Origin: a virus
Taxonomy: Duplodnaviria; Caudoviricetes
Length of the DNA stretch: 64,000 nucleotides
IMG/VR virus record: IMGVR_UViG_2562617090_000005
Strand: one strand, 5' to 3'
The notes below the pieces were generated by a model that worked only from the letters and a program-made list of their open reading frames with translations, made no database searches and was not told where the DNA came from. The stretch's first letter is position 1, and each line of letters starts with the position of its first letter. Below, in pieces: positions 1 through 10,355 of the stretch. A program made the position numbers and the translations under genes.

Positions 1-2
1 TG

Positions 3-707
3 GAGGAACCGGGCAGGGATGACATAAGGCTTGACGATACCACGGATTTGGCCTTTGACCTGGATGAATTTTTCAGGCAGAACAGCGGGGCCTATGCAGA
101 CCTGTACCCGGATTCCCATGCAGAGAAAGAGCGCATGGCGGACGAGCTGCTTTCAGGAGATACCGGAAAAATCCGAATGAGGCTGGCGGCATTTGAGCGC
201 GAGGAACACATGGAGGGAGAAACAGCGCCGCTTTTAGCGCGTATTTCTTCCTATGAAAAAGAGTACGGGATCAGCACTTATTCTATTTATCAGCTTGGCT
301 TATCGGACAATACAGATAACCTCCGTTTTATGTCTCTGGACTGGCTGGAAAGCAAAGGGTTTTCCGTGGATCGGGATCATTACCAGATGGTCTATGCAAG
401 GCAGCGGGAACCGGGCGAAACACTGGAGGATATTTACAGGCGGTTCAATATCGACCACCCGGAAGATTTCAGGGGCCACTCCCTTTCCGTTTCCGATGTG
501 GTGGTCCTGCATGAGAATGGCGCGGACGCCGCATATTACGTGGACAGTATCGGCTTCAAGGAGCTGCCGGGCTTCTTTGACGCAGGGGCACCGGAGGCCA
601 GGCGGGATGTTTCGGTGCGGGAACAGCTTGACAATGCAAGGAAACAGGCAGCGCAGACAGAGCCGAAAGCGCCGGATAAAAGGCCCAGAGAGCCGGAAAG
701 GAGCTGA
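3..707 (+). CDS. YodL-domain protein, 5' partial (frame open to window start)
   Basis: YSIYQL...LEDIYRRFNIDHPEDFRGHSLSVSDVVVL...YYVDSIGF is the YodL signature; no in-frame stop upstream of 48. Confidence 0.8.
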   Translation, partial: EEPGRDDIRLDDTTDLAFDLDEFFRQNSGAYADLYPDSHAEKERMADELLSGDTGKIRMRLAAFEREEHMEGETAPLLARISSYEKEYGISTYSIYQLGLSDNTDNLRFMSLDWLESKGFSVDRDHYQMVYARQREPGETLEDIYRRFNIDHPEDFRGHSLSVSDVVVLHENGADAAYYVDSIGFKELPGFFDAGAPEARRDVSVREQLDNARKQAAQTEPKAPDKRPREPERS

Positions 708-713
708 TAGCTT

Positions 714-1514
714 ATGCTGATGGCAGTAGAAGGTCCCTATGCCCTGATGGTGCAGCCGGACGATATTTTAATCTCTCCCCGTGAGGTAGACGAGCATTTT
801 GGAACGATGGTCTGCTTCCACTCCCGCTACGCACTGGGTGACAGCCACAATTACATGGATAAAGACGATTTCCTGCGGGAGATGTATTTAGATACCGTGG
901 GACATGATGAAGCGGGCCTGAAACGCTATGAACACATGGTGAACATTGTGAGCAGCCGGTTCCGGCACGGGCCCAAGACGGAGGAACAGGCGGTTGATGA
1001 CGCCATGCTGAAGGTGATCTCCGAAAAATACATTACGCTGCCCCTTTATCTGATGGATCACAGCGGCCTTGCCATGCAGACCACAAGTTTCAATGATCCC
1101 TGGGACAGCGGGCAGGTGGGATGGATTTATGTTTCCAAAGAGGATGCCCTAAAAGAGTTCGGCGGCGAAAAAATGACCGGCGCCCTTCGGAAAAAGGCGG
1201 AGGATCTGATGCGCAGCGAAGTGGCCGCTTATGATTCCTACCTGCGGGGCGAGTGCTACGGATTTGAGCTTTACAAAAACGGCGAACTCACGGATAGCTG
1301 CTGGGGCTTTATGGGCGACCTGGCCGATGTCTGTAAAGATATGGCTGAATATCTCCCGGAGGGCTGTAAGAATATGGTGGACCACCTGGAGGAACAGGAT
1401 CACCCGGCGACCATCATCAAGACGCTTTTGAAACATGCGAAAATTCAGGTGAACCAGGCGGCAAAAGCCTTTGAACATACCCCGCGCCAGCAGGTGATCG
1501 GGGACGCTCGTTAA
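714..1514 (+). CDS. conserved hypothetical MGE protein (DHSG...WDSGQVGWIY motif)
   Basis: 266-aa ORF, AAGGAG RBS, co-directional in operon. Confidence 0.7.
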   Translation: MLMAVEGPYALMVQPDDILISPREVDEHFGTMVCFHSRYALGDSHNYMDKDDFLREMYLDTVGHDEAGLKRYEHMVNIVSSRFRHGPKTEEQAVDDAMLKVISEKYITLPLYLMDHSGLAMQTTSFNDPWDSGQVGWIYVSKEDALKEFGGEKMTGALRKKAEDLMRSEVAAYDSYLRGECYGFELYKNGELTDSCWGFMGDLADVCKDMAEYLPEGCKNMVDHLEEQDHPATIIKTLLKHAKIQVNQAAKAFEHTPRQQVIGDAR

Positions 1515-1565
1515 ACAGTTATTTCCTATTTATTATTACAGATTCTATCAGGAAGGAGGATGCAC

Positions 1566-2036
1566 ATGCAGGAAGAATTGGAACAGCGGACCGTTTCGGT
1601 CTCCATCCAGGCGGCAAAGCTGTCCGGGCGGGTGCTGCGTTCTGCGATTGCCGCTGTGCTCAGGAAAATGGAGCAGGAACGCACTACCCCGAAAGTCGGC
1701 AGGAACAGCATGAAACGGCTGACCTATAAAGACCCTGGAGCCAATACCATTGAAGTGTCCGGCAGAATCCGCTCTTTTGAGCGGTACGCCAGGAAACACC
1801 AGGTCCGCTACCATATTGAAAAAGAGCTGGGGACCGATCCCCCGAAATGGACGGTCTATTTCAAAGCAAACCAGGCGGACGCACTGACAGCGGCTTTTAA
1901 GGAATTTACGAGGAAGGATCTTACCCGCAGCACCAGGCCGTCGCTTCTTTCCCAGCTTCATAAATTTAAGGAGCTGGCGCAGGCGCTTGGCCGTGACCGG
2001 GTAAAGAACAAGGAACACGGAGGGCCGGAACGATGA
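1566..2036 (+). CDS. pcfB: PcfB family protein
   Basis: MQEELEQRTVSVSIQAAKLSGRVL...FKANQADALTAAFKEF; typical position before virD4; start placed by GGAGG RBS. Confidence 0.8.
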   Translation: MQEELEQRTVSVSIQAAKLSGRVLRSAIAAVLRKMEQERTTPKVGRNSMKRLTYKDPGANTIEVSGRIRSFERYARKHQVRYHIEKELGTDPPKWTVYFKANQADALTAAFKEFTRKDLTRSTRPSLLSQLHKFKELAQALGRDRVKNKEHGGPER

Positions 2037-2335
2037 AGATAGATACCGATGCCCTGAAAAAGCAGGTGATCCTCCATCTGCCCTATCTTCTGTTCCTTCT
2101 GGTCTTTGCGAAGCTGGGCGAGGCGGTTCGCCTTGCCCCCGGAGCGGATGCCTCACAGAAATTATTAGGGCTTTCCGAAGGTTTCTCACTGGCTTTTCAG
2201 AGTATGTGGCCCGGTGCGGCGCTGGACTGGCTGGTGGGATTATGCGGTGCGGTGATTGTGCGGCTGGCAGTCTATCTTAAAGGAAAGGATGCCAAAAAGT
2301 ACCGCAAAAATGTGGAATACGGGAGCGCCCGCTGG
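2033..2335 (+). pseudogene. virD4: VirD4/TraG coupling protein, 5' fragment (TM anchor), interrupted by the IME
   Basis: Two hydrophobic segments then KKYRKNVEYGSARW; reading ends 2 codons after the TGG junction. Confidence 0.88.
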
Positions 2336-2390
2336 AGTGCATAATCTTAACTGTAAACAACACCTTTATAGACGCAGGAGGGATATGCAC

Positions 2391-4241
2391 ATGAGCAATT
2401 ACAATAAAATCACAGCCCTTTACTCCCGCCTTTCCGTAGGCGACGAGGACAGGGACGGCGGCGAGAGCAACAGCATACAGAACCAAAAAATCTTTTTGGA
2501 GAACTACGCCAAAGGACAGCACCTAACCAATATCCGGCACTACATTGACGACGACGAAAGCGGCAGGTTCTTTGACCGTTCTGCTTATTCCCGCATGATT
2601 GAAGATGTGGAAAGCGGCAAAATCGGTGTCTGCATTATGAAAGACCTTACCCGCTGGGGGCGCGACTATCTCCAAGTCGGCAACGCTATGGAGATTTTCA
2701 GACGGAACAATGTACGCTTTATCGCAGTCAACAACGGCATAGACAGCGAAAACCCTGACACATTAGAGTTTGCCCCTTTTATCAATATCATGTCGGAGTG
2801 GTACGCAAAGGACATCAGCAAAAAAGTGAAAACGGGCATTAAGACCAAAGGCATGAGCGGAAAGCCGGTTGCCACCGAAGCCCCTTACGGCTATATCAAA
2901 GACCCGGACAACAAGGACTTTTGGATAATCGACAAGGAAGCCGCCGAGGTTGTACGCCTTATTTTCCGTCTGTTTTTGGACGGGAAAAACCGAAACCAAA
3001 TCGCCGTATATCTGACACAGGAGCAAATCCCGACCCCTACATTCTACATGAAAGACCGGGGGCGGGGGACTTGTAAAAATAAAACGCTCAATGAGAATAA
3101 CCGCTACAAGTGGAACAAAGCCACGCTGACCCATATCCTCACGCGGCAAGAGTATTGCGGCGATGTAGTCAACTTCAAGACCGCAAAGCATTTCCGAGAT
3201 AAGAGAAACCACTATGTAGACAGAAGCCAGTGGCACATCACAGAAAATGTGCATGAGCCGATTATCGACCGCACCGACTTTGAAAATGTGCAGCGGATTT
3301 TGGAAAACGCACCTGTCAAACGCCCCAACGGGGACGGAGAAATCCACCCTCTGTCAGGCTTGCTTTTCTGTAAAGACTGCGGCGCAAAAATGCACATCCG
3401 CATAGATTACAGGAACGGCGGCAAGCGCCATGTTGCCTATTGCAGCGAGTACCACAAGGGAAAAGCCAAAAATCCCAAGTGCAGCTCTCCGCACATCATG
3501 GACGCGGATCTGCTTATGCAGACCGTCGCAGATGTGCTGAAAAAAATCGCGGAATACTCTATCAGCAACCGGGCAGAGTTTGAAGCCTTAGTGAAAAAGA
3601 GCCTTGCCATGCAGCAGACTGACAAAGTAAAGAAACAACAGAAGCGTATCCCGCAAATCACGACGCGCCTTGAACAGATTGACAAGGTGCTGAATAAACT
3701 TTATGAGGACAACGTGCTGGGTACTATCCCACAAGACCGCTATGAGCAGATGTCGCAGAAGTATTCCGAAGAATACTACTCACTGAAAGCGGAGCTTGAA
3801 CAGCTTAGGGAGCAGCTATCCGCTTTTGAAAACGCGGGAGGACGGGCGCAGAAGTTTGTAAAGCTGATAGACCGTTACGCTGACTTTACCGACCTTACCC
3901 CGACTATCCTCAACGAGTTTATCAGCCGGATTGAAGTGCATGAACGCGACAAGAAAAGGGCAAAACAGGCTATTCAGCATATCGGGATATACTTTAACCA
4001 TATCGGCAGATTTGAAAATGAACTGACACAGCTTGCAGAGCCGACAGAGCAGGAAATCCGGCAAATGCGTGAGGAAATCGAAGAAGCAAGAAAGGAAAAG
4101 AGCCGAGCCTACCACCGCAACTATTCAAGAGAATACCGGGCGAGAAATCTTGAAAAGCAACGGGAGTATGACCGTATCAAAGCGCGGGAATATCGGGCGA
4201 AGAAAAAGGCGCAGGCTGCCGCTGCACTGTCCGCACCATAA
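2391..4241 (+). CDS. large serine recombinase, TnpX-like (resolvase, recombinase, Zn ribbon, DUF4368-like tail)
   Basis: LYSRLS nucleophile motif, KDLTRWGR, CKDC..C..C zinc ribbon; ATG 2391 after AGGAGG. Confidence 0.9.
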   Translation: MSNYNKITALYSRLSVGDEDRDGGESNSIQNQKIFLENYAKGQHLTNIRHYIDDDESGRFFDRSAYSRMIEDVESGKIGVCIMKDLTRWGRDYLQVGNAMEIFRRNNVRFIAVNNGIDSENPDTLEFAPFINIMSEWYAKDISKKVKTGIKTKGMSGKPVATEAPYGYIKDPDNKDFWIIDKEAAEVVRLIFRLFLDGKNRNQIAVYLTQEQIPTPTFYMKDRGRGTCKNKTLNENNRYKWNKATLTHILTRQEYCGDVVNFKTAKHFRDKRNHYVDRSQWHITENVHEPIIDRTDFENVQRILENAPVKRPNGDGEIHPLSGLLFCKDCGAKMHIRIDYRNGGKRHVAYCSEYHKGKAKNPKCSSPHIMDADLLMQTVADVLKKIAEYSISNRAEFEALVKKSLAMQQTDKVKKQQKRIPQITTRLEQIDKVLNKLYEDNVLGTIPQDRYEQMSQKYSEEYYSLKAELEQLREQLSAFENAGGRAQKFVKLIDRYADFTDLTPTILNEFISRIEVHERDKKRAKQAIQHIGIYFNHIGRFENELTQLAEPTEQEIRQMREEIEEARKEKSRAYHRNYSREYRARNLEKQREYDRIKAREYRAKKKAQAAAALSAP

Positions 4242-4261
4242 AACAGAATAGCCAACATCAG

Positions 4262-4297
4262 AGAGGGATTTTCCGAACTACGGGAAGTCCCTCTTTT
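4262..4297 (+). terminator. rho-independent terminator after the recombinase
   Basis: agagggattttccg-aacta-cgggaagtccctct followed by TTT. Confidence 0.6.
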
Positions 4298-4321
4298 GCG
4301 CCCGGAGAAAGGAGAAACCGA

Positions 4322-4537
4322 TTGACAGAAAAGAAAGGAACACCTACCCCACTGACTAAGCCGGACGGAGTTATCACGACACAGAGGAACGGGCAGACCA
4401 TTGTTGCGGAGCTGTTTTTCAATCCCAACGGCACAGAAACATTCTCCGACAAGTTGCTGAAAACGATACTTGCCGACAGTCTGCGTTTTTCTGCGTCTGA
4501 CGGTCAAGAGCCGGAAAAAACAGAAATCTTGCGATAA
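4322..4537 (+). CDS. tnpW: transposon-encoded TnpW family protein
   Basis: TTG start after GGAG; GQTIVAELFFNPNGTETFSDKLLKTI resembles TnpW; follows tnpX-like gene. Confidence 0.65.
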   Translation: MTEKKGTPTPLTKPDGVITTQRNGQTIVAELFFNPNGTETFSDKLLKTILADSLRFSASDGQEPEKTEILR

Positions 4538-4671
4538 CAGCCGCCCCGACGATACATTCCCCGTTTGGGCGGTTTTTATCGTCAAAAACGCCGTTTTACC
4601 CAAGTCAAGAGTCGAGGAAAACACCCGAAAAATGCCCCTATTGCGTAACAGGGGCGCAGAAAGGAGCTTGC

Positions 4672-4968
4672 ATGAGAACAGGGCTTACCAAACAGGAAAA
4701 GACCACTGATATATGGTTTGACGAGAAAGACCCCCTTATCCATATCCGCACCCACAACACCAACCTCAAAAAGCGGCTTGCCGCTTATGCCGAGCAGTAC
4801 CCCGACGAGTGCTGCAAGACTGACACAGACCCCGAAACAGGTTGCATGGAGTTTGATATTGCAAAGGGGCGTTTCTCTTTCCGTCTGACCGCCCCATACA
4901 GCGAGGAACGCCGGGAAGCAGCGCGGCGGTACGCCAGAGAGAACAACGCCGCCGACAGGCTAAAATGA
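4672..4968 (+). CDS. hypothetical IME protein
   Basis: 98-aa ORF with AAGGAG RBS. Confidence 0.65.
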   Translation: MRTGLTKQEKTTDIWFDEKDPLIHIRTHNTNLKKRLAAYAEQYPDECCKTDTDPETGCMEFDIAKGRFSFRLTAPYSEERREAARRYARENNAADRLK

Positions 4969-5098
4969 TGTAGATACAAGCACAGGTATTCAGGTAAATT
5001 GAAGAAAAACTTAATAATATGCGACTTTAATTTTGGCTCACGATTATGTATAATATACTTGAAAACAATTTTTGATAGCAAGTAAAGGAGTGAAAAAA

Positions 5099-5722
5099 AT
5101 GTTACCAATTTCTGACATTATTATCCGTTCAATTAGCGGGTATGTGTTTATAGTTCCAATTCTCATATTGTATTTTTTATATCTTAGAAAATCGGGAAGA
5201 GAGCAAAGCCTTCTTCATATTGCTGCTGTATTTGTGTTTTGCTATTATCTATTTGGAATTTTAACCGTAGCAGGTATTGGCTATACAAGCACAATATCAT
5301 TTAGTCCAAAGATTTCCCTGATTCCGTTTCTCGGTATGATAACCGGACCAATAGATACTATACTTAATTTAATTTTATTTGTACCTTTAGGAGTTTTCCT
5401 GCCATTTCTGTATAAAAAGTATCATCACATAAAGACAGTTGCATTAACTGGCTTTTTATTCTCTTTATCTGTTGAAATTGTTCAGATGTTTGGCTGGGGT
5501 TCATCGGATATAAATGACCTTATTATAAATACGGCTGGAGCCTGTTTGGGATATTGGATTTATTATCTGTTATCAAAAGCTTTGCCGAATAATTTTAGAA
5601 AAAAACTTCAATCCGAGAATGTTAATGGTACGGTCGAAGTGCTTTTGTTTGTAATTTATATATATATGGTTATGGTTACAGTTCAACCCTGGGTAATCCA
5701 TGATGTATTGAACATCGGATAA
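5099..5722 (+). CDS. vanZ: VanZ family membrane protein (AT-rich cargo)
   Basis: NLILFVPLG...SLSVEIVQMFGWGSSDINDLIINTAG VanZ motifs; RBS AAGGAG. Confidence 0.8.
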   Translation: MLPISDIIIRSISGYVFIVPILILYFLYLRKSGREQSLLHIAAVFVFCYYLFGILTVAGIGYTSTISFSPKISLIPFLGMITGPIDTILNLILFVPLGVFLPFLYKKYHHIKTVALTGFLFSLSVEIVQMFGWGSSDINDLIINTAGACLGYWIYYLLSKALPNNFRKKLQSENVNGTVEVLLFVIYIYMVMVTVQPWVIHDVLNIG

Positions 5723-5832
5723 AGTGTTTTTTCAACAGCACACAACATAAATAAAATAACCCACTCACAAGGGCAGCCGAGAAAATCGACTGTCCTTTTT
5801 CTATGCCTATGAGCAGAAAGGAGCGACCAACC

Positions 5833-6129
5833 ATGACAAAACCAAAAGAGAAAACCCGCGAGGAGCTGCAAGCCGAGATTGAGGACGGAAAGAAGAAAAT
5901 CCGCCAGTTTGAGAACCGGGAAAAGATGTTGCGTCAGAAGCTGTCCAAAGAGGAACGCAGAACACGCAGCCACCGCCTTATCGTCCGGGGCGCAGTCTTT
6001 GAAAGCATTGTGCCGGAAGCAAAGAACATGACCGACGAGGAAGCCGCAGCACTTCTTAGGTTTGCACTGACGAGTGAGCCGGTACAGGAATATCTGAAAA
6101 AACGAGCCGAGAACGGGGACGCTGAATAA
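5833..6129 (+). CDS. DUF3847 family protein (probable relaxosome accessory)
   Basis: ERRTRSHRLIVRGAVFES motif, coiled coil, next to oriT. Confidence 0.75.
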   Translation: MTKPKEKTREELQAEIEDGKKKIRQFENREKMLRQKLSKEERRTRSHRLIVRGAVFESIVPEAKNMTDEEAAALLRFALTSEPVQEYLKKRAENGDAE

Positions 6130-6131
6130 AT

Positions 6132-6180
6132 CCCTTAGACACTAAGGGCGCACTTATACACCCTAACGGGCGTGTGCGCT
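6132..6180 (-). promoter_or_regulatory. MOBQ-type oriT of the IME
   Basis: Bottom strand reads GTATAAGTGCGCCCT (plus 6145-6159), matching the RSF1010/pIP501 nic core TAAGTG^CGCCCT; adjacent IR cccttag-aca-ctaaggg. Confidence 0.8.
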
Positions 6181-6380
6181 CTGCCGAGGGCTTTATCTTC
6201 GCACAGGGATTTTACCCCGCGCTACGATTGGCGGCTTTGCCGCAGACAGGGGACGCTACACTTCCCCTGCGACAGCTTGCGCTGTCTACCCTTTTGTGTA
6301 CTTGCGGAAATCGAACACCTTGCTACGCAAGCTATTCATTTTCCACAAGTTTTATATCCGCTATACTGGAGGTGATACCC

Positions 6381-7889
6381 ATAGCCATTTACCATTGTAA
6401 CATTAGCATAGTCAGCCGGGGCAAAGGCAAATCAGCCGTTGCCGCAGCCGCCTACCGAAGCGGCGAAAAGCTGACAAACGAGTGGGACGGAATGACCCAC
6501 GACTACACCCGCAAAGGCGGCGTTGTCCATAACGAAATCATGCTGCCGCCCCATGCCCCACCCTCTTTCTCTGACCGTTCTACCTTATGGAACAGCGTGG
6601 AGCTTTATGAGAAAGCCGGAAACGCCCAGCTTGCGCGTGAGATTGACGCAGCACTCCCCATAGAATTATCACGAGAGGAACAGATACGGCTTGTCCGGGA
6701 ATACTGTTCCTCTCAATTTGTTTCCAAAGGAATGTGTGTGGATTTTGCTATCCATGACACCGACAGTGGCAACCCCCATTGTCATATCATGCTAACTATG
6801 CGACCACTTGACGAGCGCGGCGCATGGGCGGCGAAGTCCAAAAAGGAATATGACCTTGACGAGAACGGCGAGCGCATACGCTTGCCAAGCGGCAGATACA
6901 AGACCCACAAGGTTGACCTCACAGGTTGGAACGACAAAGGTAACGCCCTCTTGTGGCGCAAGGCGTGGGCTGATATTTCAAACAGCTATCTTGAACACGC
7001 CGGAAGCACAGAGCGTATCGACCACCGCAGCAACGCCGAGAGAGGAATTGACGAGATACCCACTGTCCACATGGGCGTAGCCGCCTGTCAAATGGAGAAG
7101 AAAGGCATAGCCACCGAGAAAGGCGAACTGAACCGGGCTATCCGCAAATCAAACAGACTGATAAAGGAAATCCGGGCGCAGATCGGCAACCTCAAAGAAT
7201 GGATTGCCGGACTGCTTGCGGCGTGGGAAACTGCCCCAAGAAAACCACAGCCGCCAAAGTCCCCGAACCTTGCAAATCTTCTGATGAGGTATTTGAGCGT
7301 TCAGAGGGAAAAGAGCCGGAAGTATTCGCAGAGCTGGCAGCACCAACACGCAGCCGACGAACTGAAAACCATATCACAGGCAGCGAATTATCTTGCGGAG
7401 CATGGTATCTCCACTCTTGACGAGTTGGACGCTTCTCTTTCCTCTGTCAGTGATGAAGCCTTTTCTATCCGGGAGGGAATGAAAACCGCCGAGCAGCGCA
7501 TGAAAGAGCTGCAAAAGCTGATAGAGAACGGCGAGAATTATTTGCAGTACAAGCCCATTCATGCCGAACTGAAAAAGCTGAAAAATGGCTGGACGAACAA
7601 ACGGGATAAGTATGAGGAAGCCCACCGCGCCGAGCTGACTCTATGGAACGCAGCAAGCCGCTATCTCCATGCAAATCTGACGGATACAAAGACGCTGCCT
7701 ATCTCCGAATGGAAACAGGAATACGCTGACCTCAAAGCGCAGAGAGATACCGACTACACCAAACTGAAAGCTGCCCGCGCCGAAGTTGCCGAGCTTCAGA
7801 AGATACGCAAATGCGTGGATATTGCGCTGAAAGCCGAGCAGCCGGAGCAGACACAGAACCGCACCAAGCGGCAGGAACAGGAGAGATAA
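6381..7889 (+). CDS. mobA: MobA/MobL (MOBQ) relaxase, probable ATA start
   Basis: (M)AIYHC...SAVAAAAYRSGE, HDTDSGNPHCHIML (HUH), RIDHRS; GGAGGTG RBS just before ATA. Confidence 0.9.
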   Translation: MAIYHCNISIVSRGKGKSAVAAAAYRSGEKLTNEWDGMTHDYTRKGGVVHNEIMLPPHAPPSFSDRSTLWNSVELYEKAGNAQLAREIDAALPIELSREEQIRLVREYCSSQFVSKGMCVDFAIHDTDSGNPHCHIMLTMRPLDERGAWAAKSKKEYDLDENGERIRLPSGRYKTHKVDLTGWNDKGNALLWRKAWADISNSYLEHAGSTERIDHRSNAERGIDEIPTVHMGVAACQMEKKGIATEKGELNRAIRKSNRLIKEIRAQIGNLKEWIAGLLAAWETAPRKPQPPKSPNLANLLMRYLSVQREKSRKYSQSWQHQHAADELKTISQAANYLAEHGISTLDELDASLSSVSDEAFSIREGMKTAEQRMKELQKLIENGENYLQYKPIHAELKKLKNGWTNKRDKYEEAHRAELTLWNAASRYLHANLTDTKTLPISEWKQEYADLKAQRDTDYTKLKAARAEVAELQKIRKCVDIALKAEQPEQTQNRTKRQEQER

Positions 7890-7966
7890 AGAAAAGGACG
7901 GGCAAGCTATTTTGCCTGTCCGTCCTAAATGTTTTCTGATAAAATGGATGCTATTGATACCTAATA

Positions 7967-8386
7967 TTAAAACCAACTTGCTCTTTCGTCCCTAAATTCG
8001 GGCTGGTCACTATGCTCATAAGGATTATAATTATTCAAATTGCAACCAAACTCTTTCAATGATTTTATTTTATTATCCTTTGTCCATTCAACCAGCGAAA
8101 TTCCATCAAATTCCTCTATGCTCCCATTGTTCATTTCATTTTTGAAATACCACTCCACAATCGTCTGATTTCCTTTGTGGAAAAATTGTTTGATTTCCCA
8201 AGCAACGACTTTGCCACGAGTATTCCATTCCTGAAACCAGTGTTTTACGATTTGACGGTTATTATATTTTGGACACCAACTTTCAGTATAAATTACATCT
8301 TCTGCAAAAATATCATCAATACCTAAATCCTGTTTTGTAAGCCACATTTCAAACCATAAGTGAATAATTTTTTCTCTTTCATTCAC
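7967..8386 (-). CDS. SnoaL-like/NTF2-fold protein (AT-rich cargo)
   Basis: DDIFAEDVIYTESW...TIVEWYF...FDGISLVEW...IKSLKEF pattern; GTG start after GAGGTG. Confidence 0.7.
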   Translation of the reverse strand: MNEREKIIHLWFEMWLTKQDLGIDDIFAEDVIYTESWCPKYNNRQIVKHWFQEWNTRGKVVAWEIKQFFHKGNQTIVEWYFKNEMNNGSIEEFDGISLVEWTKDNKIKSLKEFGCNLNNYNPYEHSDQPEFRDERASWF

Positions 8387-8475
8387 AATCCAGCACCTCA
8401 CTAACTTCCGATTTTTCGGTTTCATTCTACATCAAAACTATGAACAATTCAACCACAGAAAGAGAGGTATCAACT

Positions 8476-10353
8476 ATGTATTACACCCAAGAACAAATAG
8501 ACCGCGCCAACCAAGCCGACCTTGTTTCTTTTCTGCAAGGACAGGGCGAGCAGCTTACCCGCGCCGGACAGGAATACCGTTGGAAACGGCATGACAGCTT
8601 GACTATCCGGGGAAACAAATGGTACAGGCACAGCCAAAGCAAAGGCGGCGCACCCATTGATTTTGTCATGGAGTTTTTCGGAAAGAGCTTTACCGAAGCC
8701 GTAGAACTGCTGACGGGAGAAAAAGGCGCAGCACCGCCGCCGGACAGACCAAGCCCCGCGTCCTTTTCTGACTTCCGATTGCCGCCCCGCAATCCCGACA
8801 ACCGCATAGTGAGGAACTACCTCACAGCCGTTCGCCGCATTGATGAAGATGTGTCGGGCTTTTTCTTTTCCACCGGGGATATTTACGAGGAAGCCGCCCA
8901 CCATAACGCCGTATTCGTAGGGCGGGACGAGGACGGAGTACCACGCTACGCCCACCAGCGTGGCACAGCCGGGAACTTCCGGCTTGATGTGAAAGGCAGC
9001 GACAAAGCCTTTAACTTCTGCTATCGGGGCGATGGCGAAAGATTGTTTGTCTTTGAAGCCCCTATTGACCTGTTATCTTTTCTCTGTCTGTTCAAAAAGG
9101 ACTGGCAAAAGCAAAGCTATCTTGCGCTGGGTGGCGTGGGAGATAAAGCCCTTATGCGCTTTCTCTCTGACCGCCCGAACATCAAGACCGTATATCTCTG
9201 CCTTGACAGCGACCAAGCCGGAAACGACGCTTGCAGCCGCCTTGTGGAGCTTATGCCGGAGGGCTTGACCGTCCACCGCCTTATTCCTCTTTTCAAAGAC
9301 TGGAACGAGGTGCAGACGCGCCGGAATGAAATCACAGACGGGAAATATCTGCGGGAAGCTGTCTATGGCTTGAAAGAGCCGCCACAGGAAGAAACCGTTG
9401 AGATTATCCGAATGAGCGAGGTTGACACACAGACCGTTGAATGGCTATGGAAACCGTATATCCCCTTTGGGAAAGTAACCATAGTACAGGGCAACCCCGG
9501 CGAGGGAAAGACCACCTTTGCGCTGCGCCTTGCCGCTGCCTGTACTACTGGCGGGACGCTTCCGGGCATGAAGCCCATGCAGCCGTTTCAAGTGATTTAT
9601 CAGACCGCCGAGGACGGTTTGGGCGATACCGTCAAGCCCCGCTTGATAGAAGCTGCCGCAGATCTTGACCGGGTGCTTGTGATTGATGAAGCAAAACGGG
9701 AGCTTACCCTGTCCGACGAGCGCATAGAGAAAGCAATCATACAGAACGGGGCGCGTCTGATTATCCTTGACCCCATACAGGCGTATATGGGCGACAAAGC
9801 TGACATGAACAAGGCAAACGAGGTGCGCCCCATTTTTCGTCGCCTTGCCGAAGTTGCGGAGCGTACCGGGTGCGCCGTTATCCTTATCGGACACCTCAAC
9901 AAAGCTGCCGGAGGACAGAGCGCATACAGGGGCTTAGGTTCTATCGACTTTAGAGCCGCAGCAAGGAGCGTCCTTTTAATCGGGCGCGTGAAGCGTGAGC
10001 CGAATGTGCGTGTTATCATTCACGACAAATCTTCCCTTGCGCCGGAGGGAAAGCCCGTTGCCTTTTGCCTTGACCCGGAAACAGGCTTTGAGTGGATAGG
10101 CGAATATGATATAACCGCCGACGAGTTGCTGTCCGGTGCGGGCGGCAATAACGCCACCAAAACCGAACAGGCTGAAAAGCTGATACTTGACCTACTGGCA
10201 GACGGGAAAGAGCTTGCCAGCGAGGACATAGAGAAAGCCGCAGCCGACGCAGGGATTTCTGCCCGTACTGTCCGGGCGGCAAAGAAAAATCTTGACGGGC
10301 GCATTACTTCAAAGCGTATCGGCGCAGCATGGTATCACGCCCTAAAAAAGTGA
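8476..10353 (+). CDS. primase-helicase fusion (DUF3991, Toprim, AAA_25 RecA-type ATPase)
   Basis: LFVFEAPIDLLS and LCLDSDQAG Toprim motifs; Walker A GNPGEGKTT, Walker B LIILDP. Confidence 0.85.
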   Translation: MYYTQEQIDRANQADLVSFLQGQGEQLTRAGQEYRWKRHDSLTIRGNKWYRHSQSKGGAPIDFVMEFFGKSFTEAVELLTGEKGAAPPPDRPSPASFSDFRLPPRNPDNRIVRNYLTAVRRIDEDVSGFFFSTGDIYEEAAHHNAVFVGRDEDGVPRYAHQRGTAGNFRLDVKGSDKAFNFCYRGDGERLFVFEAPIDLLSFLCLFKKDWQKQSYLALGGVGDKALMRFLSDRPNIKTVYLCLDSDQAGNDACSRLVELMPEGLTVHRLIPLFKDWNEVQTRRNEITDGKYLREAVYGLKEPPQEETVEIIRMSEVDTQTVEWLWKPYIPFGKVTIVQGNPGEGKTTFALRLAAACTTGGTLPGMKPMQPFQVIYQTAEDGLGDTVKPRLIEAAADLDRVLVIDEAKRELTLSDERIEKAIIQNGARLIILDPIQAYMGDKADMNKANEVRPIFRRLAEVAERTGCAVILIGHLNKAAGGQSAYRGLGSIDFRAAARSVLLIGRVKREPNVRVIIHDKSSLAPEGKPVAFCLDPETGFEWIGEYDITADELLSGAGGNNATKTEQAEKLILDLLADGKELASEDIEKAAADAGISARTVRAAKKNLDGRITSKRIGAAWYHALKK

Positions 10354-10355
10354 AC

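Noticed and set aside
2256-2390. N-terminal extension of the IME recombinase in the ORF track
   Set aside because: Crosses the insertion junction into virD4; the RBS supports ATG 2391.
5099-5722. Vancomycin resistance cluster
   Set aside because: Only a VanZ-family gene; no ligase, dehydrogenase or dipeptidase.
6174-6380. N-terminal extension of MobA
   Set aside because: Overlaps the oriT region; the conserved relaxase start and RBS are at 6381.
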